Part shown: piece by piece, positions 51,205-61,899 of the stretch
Layout: each line of letters opens with the position of its first letter
Numbering within the stretch: the first letter of the stretch is position 1
Assembly: GCF_018977255.1 (NCBI RefSeq)
Contig: NW_024704743.1
Span: 98,954,001-99,018,000, forward strand
DNA: 64,000 bases
Source of the DNA: Callorhinchus milii
Taxonomy: Eukaryota
Direction: 5' to 3'
The notes under the pieces: model-generated
What the model saw: only the letters and a program-made list of their open reading frames with translations
Database searches by the model: none
Told to the model about the DNA's origin: nothing
Made by a program: the position numbers and the translations under genes

Positions 51205-53808
51205 ACATCTCTCTGCCTCTGCTCTGATCGCCTCATCCTGGGCGACTTTAACCTTTAACCTGCACTTCACCCCCTCCTGCTCAATCTCCTCAGATTTCTC
51301 TTCCCTGCTCTCCTCGCTCAACCTCTCCCTCCACATCAACTCCCCCACTCACAGTCACGGCCACCCACTCGATTTGGTGATCACCCGGGGCCTCAGTGTC
51401 TCGGATGTCACTATCACCGACAAGGCCGTCTCCGACCACCACTTCATCTCCTTCACCACCTCCACCCCCCTCCACACCTCCACCAGACCCACCACCATCT
51501 TCTACTGCCCCTGGAAGAAGTTAACCCCTCAATCCCTAACCGCTGCCTTGGAGTCCTCTGAACTCCTCTCCCTCTGGCCTTCAACCCTCACTGACCCCTC
51601 TTCTGCTCTCACCCTCCTCCACAACACCCTCTCCTCCACACTTGACACTCTTGCGCCATCACCTCCCGTACAGTCTCCTACTCTCGCTCCTCCCTCTGGT
51701 TCACCACCCACCTCCGCTCACTGAAGAGCCAGGTGCGGGCCGCTGAACGCATCTGCCTCAAATCTGGCCTAACGGTCCACCGACAAATCTGGCTGGACCT
51801 CCTCAAAATCTACCGCTCCACTCTAGCCTCGGCCAAGTCGTCCTTCTACTCCAGGATAATCCTGGAGGCGAAGGACAACCCCAGGCTACTGTTCTCTACC
51901 ACATCCCAACTCCTCCGTCCCCCCGCCACCCCGCGCAGGTCATCTCCTCCAACCTTCACTGCGAGGAGATGCTGGATTTCCTTGAATCCAAAATCAAGGG
52001 AATTCGCTCCGCGGTCACTTCCCCTCCAACATCCACCCACCACCCACCCCTTCCCTCCCACACTCCGACTCCTACCCATCCTCCCCTACACACTTCGTAC
52101 CCGTTTCCCCACCCTCTGTCACCAAACTCATCCTATCCCTGAAACCAACCACCTGCTCCCTTGACCCCATCCCCACTCCACTCCTTATCTCCCAGCTCCA
52201 CCTCCTTGCCCCACATATCACAGACATCGTCAACCTGTCCCTCTCCTCTGGCTCTGTTCCCATTCCCTTAAAAACTGCCACCATCACTTCCACCTTGAAA
52301 AATCCCTCCCTTGATGCGTCGCAGCTATCAAGCTCCCGGCCCATCTCCAACCTCCCCTTCCTGTCCAAGGTCCTGGAATGAGTTGTCGCCTCCCAACTGC
52401 GCTCTTTCCTCTCCACCATTCATTATTTGAACCCCTTCAGTCGGGTTTCCGTGCTGCCCATAGCACAGAAACCGCCCTGGTCAAGGTCACCAATGATATC
52501 CTGACCATCTGTGACCAGGGCTCCCTCTGCCTCCTCGTCCTCCTCGACCTATCGGCAGCATTCGATACGGTCGACCACGCTATCCTACTCCACCGCTTGT
52601 CCTCCCACCTCAACCTTCAAGGCACTGTCCTTGAGTGGTTTAGGTCGTACCTTTCTCACCGTCTTCACTTTGTCTCACAAATGGCTTCTCCTCCACCCCC
52701 CGCACTGTCTCATGTGGTGTCCCTCAGGGCTCTGTCCTCGGTCCCCTCCTCTTCACCCTCTATATGCTCCCCCTTGGTGACATCATCCGCAGACATGGGG
52801 TTAACTTCCACATGTATGCGGATGACACCCAACTCTACCTTTCCTCCTCTACTCTCAACTCCACGACCACCGATGTCCTGACAGCCTGCCTGTCCGACAT
52901 CGAGTCCTGGACGAGAGACAACTTTCTTCAGCTCAACGTGCGAAAAACCGAGGCCCTCCTGATTGGCTCACGTCAGCGCCTCCGCACCTCAGGCGCTGAC
53001 ACCATCAGCATCCAAGGCTGCACTCTCCACCTCTCAAAGCCAGTCAGGAACCTCGGCGTTTTGTTCGACCCTGAGCTGTCCTTTCTCCCTCACATCCGCA
53101 CCACAACTGGCACCGCCTTCCATCACCTCCGGAACATCGCCAGACTACGGCACTACCTCACCCCTCACGCTGCTGAAACCCTGGTCCACGCCTTTGTCAC
53201 CTCAAGGCTGGACTATGGGAACTCTCTCCTCGCCGGCCTTCCCGGCACCTCCCTCCACAAGCTGCAGGTCATTCAGAACTCTGCAGCTCGTGTACTGTCC
53301 CGCACCAGGCTTCGGACCACATCACTCCCACCCTCGCTCGCCTCCACTGGCTCCCCATCCCCCAGAGGATCGATTTCAAGATCCTCATCCTCACCTACAA
53401 GGCCATTCACGGCCTTGCTCCCTCCTACCTCTCTGACCTACTATCCCCCTACCTACCTGCCCGTACCCTCCGTTCCTCCGGCTCCGGTCTGCTCCACGTC
53501 CCCCGCCCCAATCGCCCTACCATCGGTGGTCGGGCCTTCAGCCTCTCAGCCCCTAGGCTCTGGAACTCAATCTCCCAGTGCCTTTGCCGCCTCCTCCCTC
53601 TCCTCCTTCAAGGCCGGTCTCAAAACCTTTCTCTTTGACCGTGCCTTCAGCTCCCCTCTCGACTCTCTACCCCCTCCTCGCTCCCTCCCTTCCCTCATCC
53701 TGACCATTTCCCCAATGCTCGGGTCCTGACCCAACTGTGCAGCGCCTTGGGACGTCCTCCTGACGTGAAAGGCGCTTTATAAATGGAATCTTGTTGTTGT
53801 TGTTGTTG
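51205..53808 (+). mobile_element. L2 LINE, longest copy (APE C-terminus, RT, 3' UTR), frameshifted
   Basis: [73 protein letters not shown]; (TTG)6 tail; candidate TSD TGCACT(t/a)CTC at 51195 and 53807. Confidence 0.95.
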
Positions 53809-54324
53809 CACTACTCTTTAGACTGGCACTTCAGGAGAAGCTTACCCCTGAATATAAGCACCAAATTTGACTTCAGCCCAGCAAAGTATTAGTGTGGTTC
53901 TAACTTGTTGAAGCTAGCAGTTAGCTTGAACTGCAGCAGTGAGGTGTGGTACATTTTCTCCCTTACAGCAGTTCCTCTGCCACAAATCTAGTTCCGTATA
54001 GACTGCAATGATCACTGCAAATCCTTTGAATCTCAGTGAACTCCTTTGCTTTTGTTTTGAAGCAGAGTGTGTAGTGTTTTGGCTCAGCTTAGGGTGGTTT
54101 AAAATATGTGTACAACTTTTGTGCTTAAAGATTTATTGGATGTAATGTTGTGTTATTCATGTTGAGGTCCAAACAGCAGAACATAGCACTGGAACCAGAC
54201 CAGTGAACAGAAACACTGTTTTATGAGGAAAATTTGGCTTTGGTGCAGTTCAATGGGACTAGTTAAGTTTGAATCTGATCATTGGCATCTGTTCATCCTA
54301 ACAGCAGTTCTTGAGTTATAATAA

Positions 54325-54782
54325 GTGGCAGCTGGATCGTTTGGTAGCACTCTCATCTCTGAGACTGAAGACAGTGGGTTCAAGCCCCACGCCAGGACAT
54401 GGAACTTGTATGGTCTAGGGTTCTAGGTTGACACTCCAACACTAATACAGTGCTGGGATGTGCTGCATTGTTAGAGGTATCGTCCTTCAATTGAGACATT
54501 AAACCAAAGTCCATCTACTTGTTCAGGTTGAAGTTCCCAGGACACTATTCGAAAAGAGAAAGGAATTTCTCCTGATGTGCTAACCATTAATCCCCCAGAT
54601 AAAACTGGTAATTAATTTCATGGCTATTTGTGGGACATTCCTTTCGCAAAATTGGCTGCCACATTCATTTACAGAATACGCAATCACTGCACTTTTCAGG
54701 AAATCCTGTGAAGCATGTTGCGTTGGCATCTTGAAGTGAAAAGTGCTATATCGAATGCAGTAATAATTATTAATAATAATAA
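54325..54782 (+). mobile_element. Older Deu-domain SINE (SacSINE1-like), near full length
   Basis: ggtagcactctcatctctgag...gtgggttcaagcccca, gacactcca, cactattcgaa, tttgtgggacatt...aaattggctgcc, tail gaaaagtgctatatc. Confidence 0.82.
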
Positions 54783-54899
54783 AACAGAGCATTGAGCTGT
54801 GACCATCTAATTCTGAGGTTCCAAGTGCTCTACTCTGTTGTCCAGTAGGGTTGGTATTTAAAATCCGGAATCCAAAATGATGTAATTTCTGTTTCACAG

Positions 54900-55025
54900 A
54901 ATCATCAATGAATCCAGCACCTTCTACTGCCAGTTACCCTGGATGTCAGGACCTGTCTAGGAATGCCAACATAGCAAAACCTCTGGCCTTGCCTGCACAG
55001 CACCTTGGTAAACCTCCAGTAACAG
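54900..55025 (+). CDS. GREB1L: Probable GREB1L coding exon 6 (126 nt; alternative in-frame donor after 55007)
   Basis: tttctgtttcacag|AA; open in the phase-1 frame: ESSMNPAPSTASYPGCQDLSRNANIAKPLALPAQHLGKPPVT; ACAG|gtaatg; length divisible by 3. Homology support is weaker than for the other exons. Confidence 0.72.
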
Positions 55026-55849
55026 GTAATGTTTTCTATATCTCTCATCTTATTTTTCTCTCTTTAGAGTCTTCTTCAGAGTGACGATTTCCCTTTCTCT
55101 CCCATTCATTCTTTAAATCTCTTCCACAATGCTAGGCTCCACTCCTTGGATCCAGCTACAGTCAGCTGACCTGATCTCATTCATCTGCTATTTTATTTCC
55201 TGCCAATTTGTTCTCCCAATTTTTTTCCCGTTCTGCTGAAGGATATAACTTGTTTTGCTTCTACAGGAGCACGATTCAATGGGTGCCGTGCTCAAGTGGG
55301 CCTTGTGAGTTTTGATGGTGAATGTATACAGATTATTTAACCATTGGGGGAAGTGGAGGGGTGGCGCTTTAGCTGAGCTTGATACCTGGTATCCTAGTAA
55401 ACAATCCTCCAATTAAATTGGCCATTAATCTGCTGGCTGTTTGTGGGACATTGTCTTGCACAAATTGGCTACTGTGTTTGCCAAAAAATACACACTCTCT
55501 ACGCTCAGCAATAATTGAAAAGCTTTGAGACGTTTCAACCAAATGCAAGGATTATCTTGAGAAACACTGCAAATTTCACCCCATCTGTGCAATCTAGCAG
55601 TGAGCACTTCAGCAGAAAGCACGAATAGATAATATTTGTACTGAAGCAATACAAACTGCTGGGGTATGAATAGACTAATAGGTTGGTTGAGAAGCACCAA
55701 TATTTCATCATTTAATTTGGTCTGCTTTCATCTAAAACTTTTCACGTGACTTTCCCTTATGAAATAACTTTTTGTGACTCCATTTCCACCTTGCCCCATC
55801 ATTTCCTGTTTGTAAAGTCCGCTTTAACTTATCTTCTCAACCATGCGTT

Positions 55850-56145
55850 CGAGCACCTGGCTCGCTGTATCCATAAGGATTGATTTCAAGATCCTCACCC
55901 ACACATACAAATCCCTTCACACCGTAGCATCTCTCTACCTCTTTGACTTACTTGTACCTCATTCCTCTGCCTACCCCTTCACTGGCACAGACCTCTGCGT
56001 ATCCCCTGACCCCTCTACACCACCATGGGTGGCTGTGTCTTCAAGACACAATACAGAGCTCCGAGACACAATCCTGCATGAAATGCACGTTGTTGTCCCC
56101 CCAATGTGAAGGGCGCTATCTAAAAGTAATTGTTGTTGTTTGTTT
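55850..56145 (+). mobile_element. Old L2 3' fragment abutting the exon 7 acceptor
   Basis: aggattgatttcaagatcctcacc (RIDFKILT); ends gtgaagggcgctatctaaaagtaattgttgttgtt. Confidence 0.8.
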
Positions 56146-56147
56146 AG

Positions 56148-56306
56148 TTCTGTGTGCGAACGGCCAGCCGTCTGGATCTGTGCGGATCAATGGTAACACC
56201 AGTGGTACCAGCAATGGAGGAAGAGCCAACATCTTTAGTGCTGCTTTGCCTCGACCTCAGCCTCTTGCAGCTTCACCAAGCTCCAGCTTTGCCTCAGGAG
56301 ACAACA
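56148..56306 (+). CDS. GREB1L: GREB1L coding exon 7 (159 nt)
   Basis: tttgtttag|TT; VLCANGQPSGSVRINGNTSGTSNGGRANIFSAALPRPQPLAASPSSSFASGDN; AACA|gtaaga; the end resembles recalled human SPRPSYASGDQ. Confidence 0.8.
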
Positions 56307-56474
56307 GTAAGAAAGTCTTGTAACTCTCAGTGGCACCATGTAATCAAAACACGCAGACTCTTGCCTGTGCTTTTTTCACTGTTGTGCCAACATTAAGTTT
56401 ATTTGTGCAAAGTAAGTGTCTGACTGTGTAAGTGTTTGATCTGATCCGTCCCAGGGTCACATACAGTCACAGAT

Positions 56475-56793
56475 TAATGATAATAATAATAATCCTTGCA
56501 TTTGATATAGCGCTTTTCATGTCTTCTAGACATTTCAAAGCGCTTCACAGAATATACAGTAAAGTGAATTGACCGTATATTTGTGGGCGAAACGCAGCAG
56601 CCAATTGTGCACAGCAGTGTCCCACAAACAGTCGTGGATTGAAACTGACCAATTTGTTATTGTTTTGTTTTTTGGAGGGATTGTTTTTAGGTGTGTGGAG
56701 CAAGGAAACTTGCCCAAGGTTTCGCCTTGCCTGGAATTGAACCCAGGTGTCTCGCTTGCAAGGCGAGTGCTCTAACCACTGAGTTATAGGACT
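56475..56793 (-). mobile_element. Full-length young tRNA/Deu SINE
   Basis: Reverse complement colinear with 50129-50450 from head to tail. Confidence 0.92.
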
Positions 56794-57157
56794 ACACATA
56801 TTCAATCATAGCACTGAAAAACAGTTTCAGACTTTGCCAGTACCTTCAAATGTAGGATTTAATATGGTTGTTAGAAAAATCAGTTTGGGACATAATATAC
56901 GTCTCCTGCAGGGAACCCCCAGGGTGTGATACCGATCTGTAGGATTCAGTTCTGATGAGATACTGGGCTTGAGCTCTGCTCCCACACACATGTCAGCATG
57001 ATGTACATGCGTTCCCTTAAGGAGATGCACTCTACGTCCCAAGCTGATATTTCTGGATTTGCTTTGTAATTGTACTGTTTTGAGGGAAAATATTTTTGCC
57101 TTTATCAAGTCGTTTCTACTTTAGTACCCAGTGTTAGTTCAACATCAGAAAATGACA

Positions 57158-57810
57158 CAACAACTTGCATTTATATAGCCCCCCCTCACACAGGGTAGCG
57201 TCCCAGAGCACTTGACAACTCCAAGCCGGGGGGAGGGGAGATGACCATAGGCGTGGTCGAATAGGAAGGTCTTCAGGCACGATCTGAAGATGGGGAAGGA
57301 ATGGGCAATTCGGAGGGATAGAGGAAGAGTATTCCAGAGTTTTGGGGCATAGGTGGAACCCAGGGCACAAGGGACATGCAGAAGGCCAGAGCCAGTCGAG
57401 CAGAGGCAGCGGGTTGTGCTTGGGGGTTAAGCAGGTTGGAGAGGTAGGGAGGTGCCAGGGCATAAAAGCATTTGAAAATGAGCGTGAGGATCTTGAAATC
57501 AACCCGTTCGGTGATGGGGAGCCAATGGAGCCTGGCTAGAATTAGTGATGGGGGTTTGGAATTTAGTACGGCTGAGTATGCGGGCAGTGGAGTTTTGGAT
57601 CAGTTGGTTCCTGTGCATTGTGGACCTGGGGAGACCGGCAAAGAGGGCATTTGAGAAGTCCAGTCAGGAGGTGACGAACACATGGACAAGTATTTTGATT
57701 GTGTCCGGGTTAAGGTAAGGTCAGAGGCGGGCAATAGAGCAGAGACGGAGGAAAGCTGTTCTGGTCAGGGTTTGGATGTGGCGAAGGAAGAACAGCTGGG
57801 GGTTGAACTT
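57158..57810 (-). mobile_element. Old L2 3' fragment
   Basis: caacaacttgcatttatatagc tail; gaggatcttgaaatcaac; GIKFNPQLFFLRHI...IARL. Confidence 0.82.
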
Positions 57811-58257
57811 GATGCCAAAGATGGAGCCCTGGGGCCAAGGATGGGGCCCTGGGGCCAAGGATGGGGCCCTGGGGCCAAGGATGGGGCCCTGGGGCCAAGG
57901 GTGGGGCCCTGGGGCCAAGGGTGGGGCCCTGGGGCCAAGGATGGGGGCCTCTGGGGCCAAGGATGGGGGCCTCTGGGGCCAAGGATGGGGGCCTCTGGGG
58001 CCAAGGATGGGGGCCTCTGGGGCCAAGGATGGGGGCCTCTGGAGCCAAGGATGGGGGCCTCTGGGGCCAAGGATGGGGGCCTCTGGGGCCAAGGATGGGG
58101 GCCACTGGGGCCAAGGATGGGGGCCTCTGGGGCCAAGGATGGGGGTCTCTGGGGCCAAGGATGGGGGCCTCTGGGGCCACGGATGGGGGCCTCTGGGGCC
58201 ACGGATGGGGGCCTCTGGGGCAAAGGATGGAGGCCCTGGGGCCAAAGATGGGGCCCT
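57811..58257 (+). repeat. G-rich minisatellite, 21 units of 20-22 bp
   Basis: One seed unit, five 20-mers ggggccaagg(a/g)tggggccct, thirteen 22-mers ggggccaaggatgggggcctct, and two terminal variants. Confidence 0.97.
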
Positions 58258-58289
58258 GGACACAAGCCAAATACAACAAATATACTGGA

Positions 58290-60281
58290 TCGTGCATTTG
58301 ATGTTGTAAAAATGTTGAGAAAGTGTAGCACTGTCTCACCAAACTGGCAAGGAGAATAAGTGACATGAATGAAACTTGAATACAAAGCTCATTGAAAAAT
58401 GCAAATACTTCTCATTAGCTCTAGACAAGAGCACTGGCGTTACTGATATCAGTCAGCTATTAATTTTCGTCAGAACCATTGATGAAAATGTTGTTGTTCG
58501 TGAGGAATGACTTGAGTTAATTCCTTTGAAAGCTGCTAAAAAGGGTTTGGATATTTACAAGGTTCTTACCTCAACTATCAGTAAATGCAGTGGATTTCAG
58601 AAGTGTTCCTGCATCGTGATGGATGGTGCAAAATTAATGACCTGCTGTAAAAAATGGTTTAGTAGCTTTGCTGAAACAAAATGGAATTGAATGTATTACT
58701 GTTCACTGCATCACACACCAAGAGTCCCTTTGTGGAAAGCCAGTGAAAATGAGCAATGTAATGACTAGTGTCATCAAAGTGGTCAATATTATCCACGGAG
58801 GAATTCGAGCCCAGAGTCACAGAAAGTTCATAAACTTCCTTGAAGCATTAGATGCTGAATACCGTGATTTACCTCTTTATTTAGAAGTGCTTGGCTGAGT
58901 GCACGCAGTTTTCTGGTGCAATTTTTTGCACTTAGGAAGGAGGTACTTTCATTTCTCAAGGAACATCTAAAGAGCAACACTGCATAGTTTGAAGAGGAAT
59001 TAGAAAATCCAACTTACTATGTTCATTGCCTTTCTTAAAAGACATAACAAGCCATCTCAACATTCTCAATCTTCAACTACAAGGCCGAAATCAAAATATT
59101 TCGCACCTTATGGGGGACGTTGACGGGTTCTGCATAAAGCTACAACTGTTGAGCACATTCCTCTTAATAATAATAATAATAATCCTTGCATTTGATACAG
59201 CACTTTTCAGGTCTTCTAGATGTCTCAACGTGCTTCACAGTGAATTGACCATATATTTGTGAGCGAAACGTGGCAGCCAATTGTGCATAGCAGTGTCCCA
59301 CAAACAGTCGTGGATTGAAAATGACCAATTTATTATTGTTTTGTTTTGGAGGGATTATTATTAGGCATAAGGAAACTTGCCCAAGGTTTCGCCCTGCCTG
59401 GAATTGAGCCCAAGTGTCTCGCTTGCAAGGCGAGTGCTCTAACCACTGAGCTACAGGACTCCACTTGCAGAAAGACCTCACCCATTTTCCATCATGCATG
59501 GAACTTGCAACTGAGCTTGATGAGGCTGATGTTTGCAGCTTTTTGGAAATCATTACAGATCTATTAGATGAGTTCAGTGCCAGATTTGCTGATTTTGAGG
59601 GTCTGAGATCCAGTGTCCAACTATTCAACAATCCGATGGAGGTGTCGATTGAACAGGTGGAGATGTGCGAACTGCAGGGTGACCCTATGTTCCTCTCAAG
59701 GAAGAATGAGATTCACGAAAATTGTTTTCTTAAATTAAATGACTTTGCACTGAAGATGTGTTCTATGTTTGCAAGCACATACAATTATGAAAGCACATTT
59801 TCCATAGTGTTCACACTGAGACATTTATTGGTCTTCTCAGTGTCAATGTATGTTAAGTAAACTAATTTACTTATATGTAGATTTAGAGTGGATTGGATGA
59901 AAATTGTTTTGTATATTGTTGATATTTTTAATTATTATATATTCAAAATAATCTTTATTCAAAAGTATCTTTATTGTGTTCCTTTGTTAGTTTTACAATA
60001 TGGATTAATCTGTTTGGGTTTTGTTGAGCATTCTCTGTTGGGGCTTCCATGTGCTGAGTTGATTTCCTGTGTTTTAACTTTAATACATTGAAAAATGTGT
60101 TGCATTTATTACCATTTGAGATCATTATTAAGTAATACAGTCACACAATTTAAAATATAAGATTTCTATATGATGCTTTATGTTTCTGGAAGGAGAATAC
60201 AAAAATATGGCTTATATGGCCCGCGGACGTCTCTGACATGTCAAATCTGGCCCTCGACACCAAAAAGGTTGGACCACCTTG
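58290..60281 (+). mobile_element. Decayed hAT (Charlie/GTF2IRD2-like) DNA transposon; transposase pseudogene with 3' terminus
   Basis: VALSHQT/ARRISDM, YFSLALD.ST..TDISQLLIFVR, HCITHQESLC, WLS, FLKDITSHLNILNLQLQG, FSARFADF, SMFASTYNYESTFS, with stops and frameshifts; ends aaaaaggttggaccaccttg followed by ACATATGG. Confidence 0.88.
59164..59463 (-). mobile_element. Full-length young tRNA/Deu SINE inserted into the hAT transposase
   Basis: Interrupts LQLLSTFL / QKDLTHFPSC; colinear with the other young copies. Confidence 0.92.
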
Positions 60282-60566
60282 ACATATGGGTAGGAAATAG
60301 GAATTTGACCCTCCTCTGTTGGTTTGAGTGGTCAGATTGGGGCCAGTAGAAACCCTGTCGCTGAAGAGTTGAATGTCACGATACACGTGCTTACAATATG
60401 CTGTGTTTGAACACCCAATCTCCTTGGTGAAAATGGGACACAATTGTTAGTTATGATAGTCACAATTTTGGGCCTCCGTGTTGCATTGCTTTCCCCAGGG
60501 ACTTTTATCTAATTTGTCTTCTGTAGTGTTCCCTCTCTAAACCTGCAGATGTTCCTTTACTTTCAG

Positions 60567-60683
60567 CCATCATGACAAGCTCTGGACCACCTAAGAAACG
60601 GCATCGAGGCTGGTCTCCTGGCTCCCCAGTCTCTACACCTGCAGTGGCCCCTGTTCCACCTCTTCGACCAGTGACCAGAGCTG
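60567..60683 (+). CDS. GREB1L: GREB1L coding exon 8 (117 nt; alternative in-frame acceptor at 60549)
   Basis: cctttactttcag|CC; TIMTSSGPPKKRHRGWSPGSPVSTPAVAPVPPLRPVTRA (PPKKRHR is NLS-like); GCTG|gtaaga. Confidence 0.92.
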
Positions 60684-61161
60684 GTAAGAAGCTGCTGAAC
60701 CCCTTCTCCCAGTCATTGTAATAAATCCTGTGCGATAAATACTGCAACATTGCTATATGTCAGTTGTAACCTATGAAGTCAGAGTAAAATTATTCAGAGT
60801 TCAGCAGATTAATGTCTCCTTTCAGCTCAGCGCAGTTTTCAGATTATTTATTGGTGATACAAAAGAGGAGGCCATCTTAATTTGCTTTGGAAAAAATTAA
60901 ATTTGCAATCTGGTTCTTATGTAAAATTTGCTTTGTTTTTTAACATTACACAACAGGTGATTAACATGTGAACATGCGGAACAATTTACCCAAGGGGCCA
61001 AATGATATGGGCAGAAAGACAAATGGGATAAAATGTTGACAGCAAAGGAAATTGACGGATATGTGAGCCAGGGAGAGATGGGATGCGAGTGCTGGCCAGA
61101 TGGACTATCGTGGTCTTCCTGTTGAGACATTCTTTCTAATAGGATCTTATTTGTCTTGCAG

Positions 61162-61299
61162 ATGCTTTGCTATCCATTCCCGTTTCCCAGTCGATGACAG
61201 CTGGAGTCTTGCAGCCTCAAGCCATCCCTGCAGGAGAGACTGTCATCATCCCTGAAAATTTGTTAAATAACTCTGGAGTCAGACCTGTCATCTTAATAG
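61162..61299 (+). CDS. GREB1L: GREB1L coding exon 9 (138 nt)
   Basis: tttgtcttgcag|[52 protein letters not shown]|gtgcaa. Confidence 0.95.
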
Positions 61300-61471
61300 G
61301 TGCAAGCTATTTCTGAGTGAATCTTTACATGATGTTGCACAATTTGACCTAATATTTTGTTTATTTTTATTGTGGTAAATATAAGATAAACTCTGTTGTA
61401 TTGCAATCTATTTCAGTGGAACCCTCACTCTTGAGTTGGTTTTCACTCAGACTGCATTCAACTAACCAAGG

Positions 61472-61899
61472 AAGCTTCTGTCTGAACTTCACTGACTTCC
61501 AGGGGCATTGAGACTGATTATAACAATATATATATTTGATGTAGGGCCTTTCACATTGTGTCATGGGAGGATGTGTCAAAGTGCTTCACAAGATTAACGT
61601 GTAGTGACTGTTTTGTAGGGGATCACAAGAGCCAATTTGCAAACAATAGTGTCCCACAAACAATAATTTGCAAATATATAATCTCCTTCTGTAGCGTCTT
61701 GAACATTTGTTTTATTTGGGGAATTGTTGGCCAGGTTAGTGAGAGAAACTAACTTCCCTTGTTCAAATAGTACCATGGACATTCACCTTAAATATATTTA
61801 ACAGCCATCTGATATAATGAAAGGCACTATATCAAATGCATGTATTGTTATAATCAGTCTCAATGGCCCTGGAAGTCAGTGAAGTTCAGACAGAAGCTT
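61472..61899. repeat. 57-bp inverted repeat with one mismatch, 314-nt spacer
   Basis: 61472-61528 is the reverse complement of 61843-61899 except G61505/G61866. Confidence 0.95.

Noticed and set aside
57811..58257. CRISPR-like array
   Set aside because: Units are head-to-tail with no unique spacers, there are no cas genes, and the context is a vertebrate intron.
57682..58385. Gly/Pro/Trp-rich ORFs on both strands resembling collagen or prion repeats
   Set aside because: They are translations of a stop-free minisatellite whose units are mostly not multiples of 3; no supporting splice signals.
60527..60566. Acceptor ttctgtag at 60526 for exon 8
   Set aside because: Joining a phase-1 exon here gives ATG TTC CCT CTC TAA, an immediate stop.
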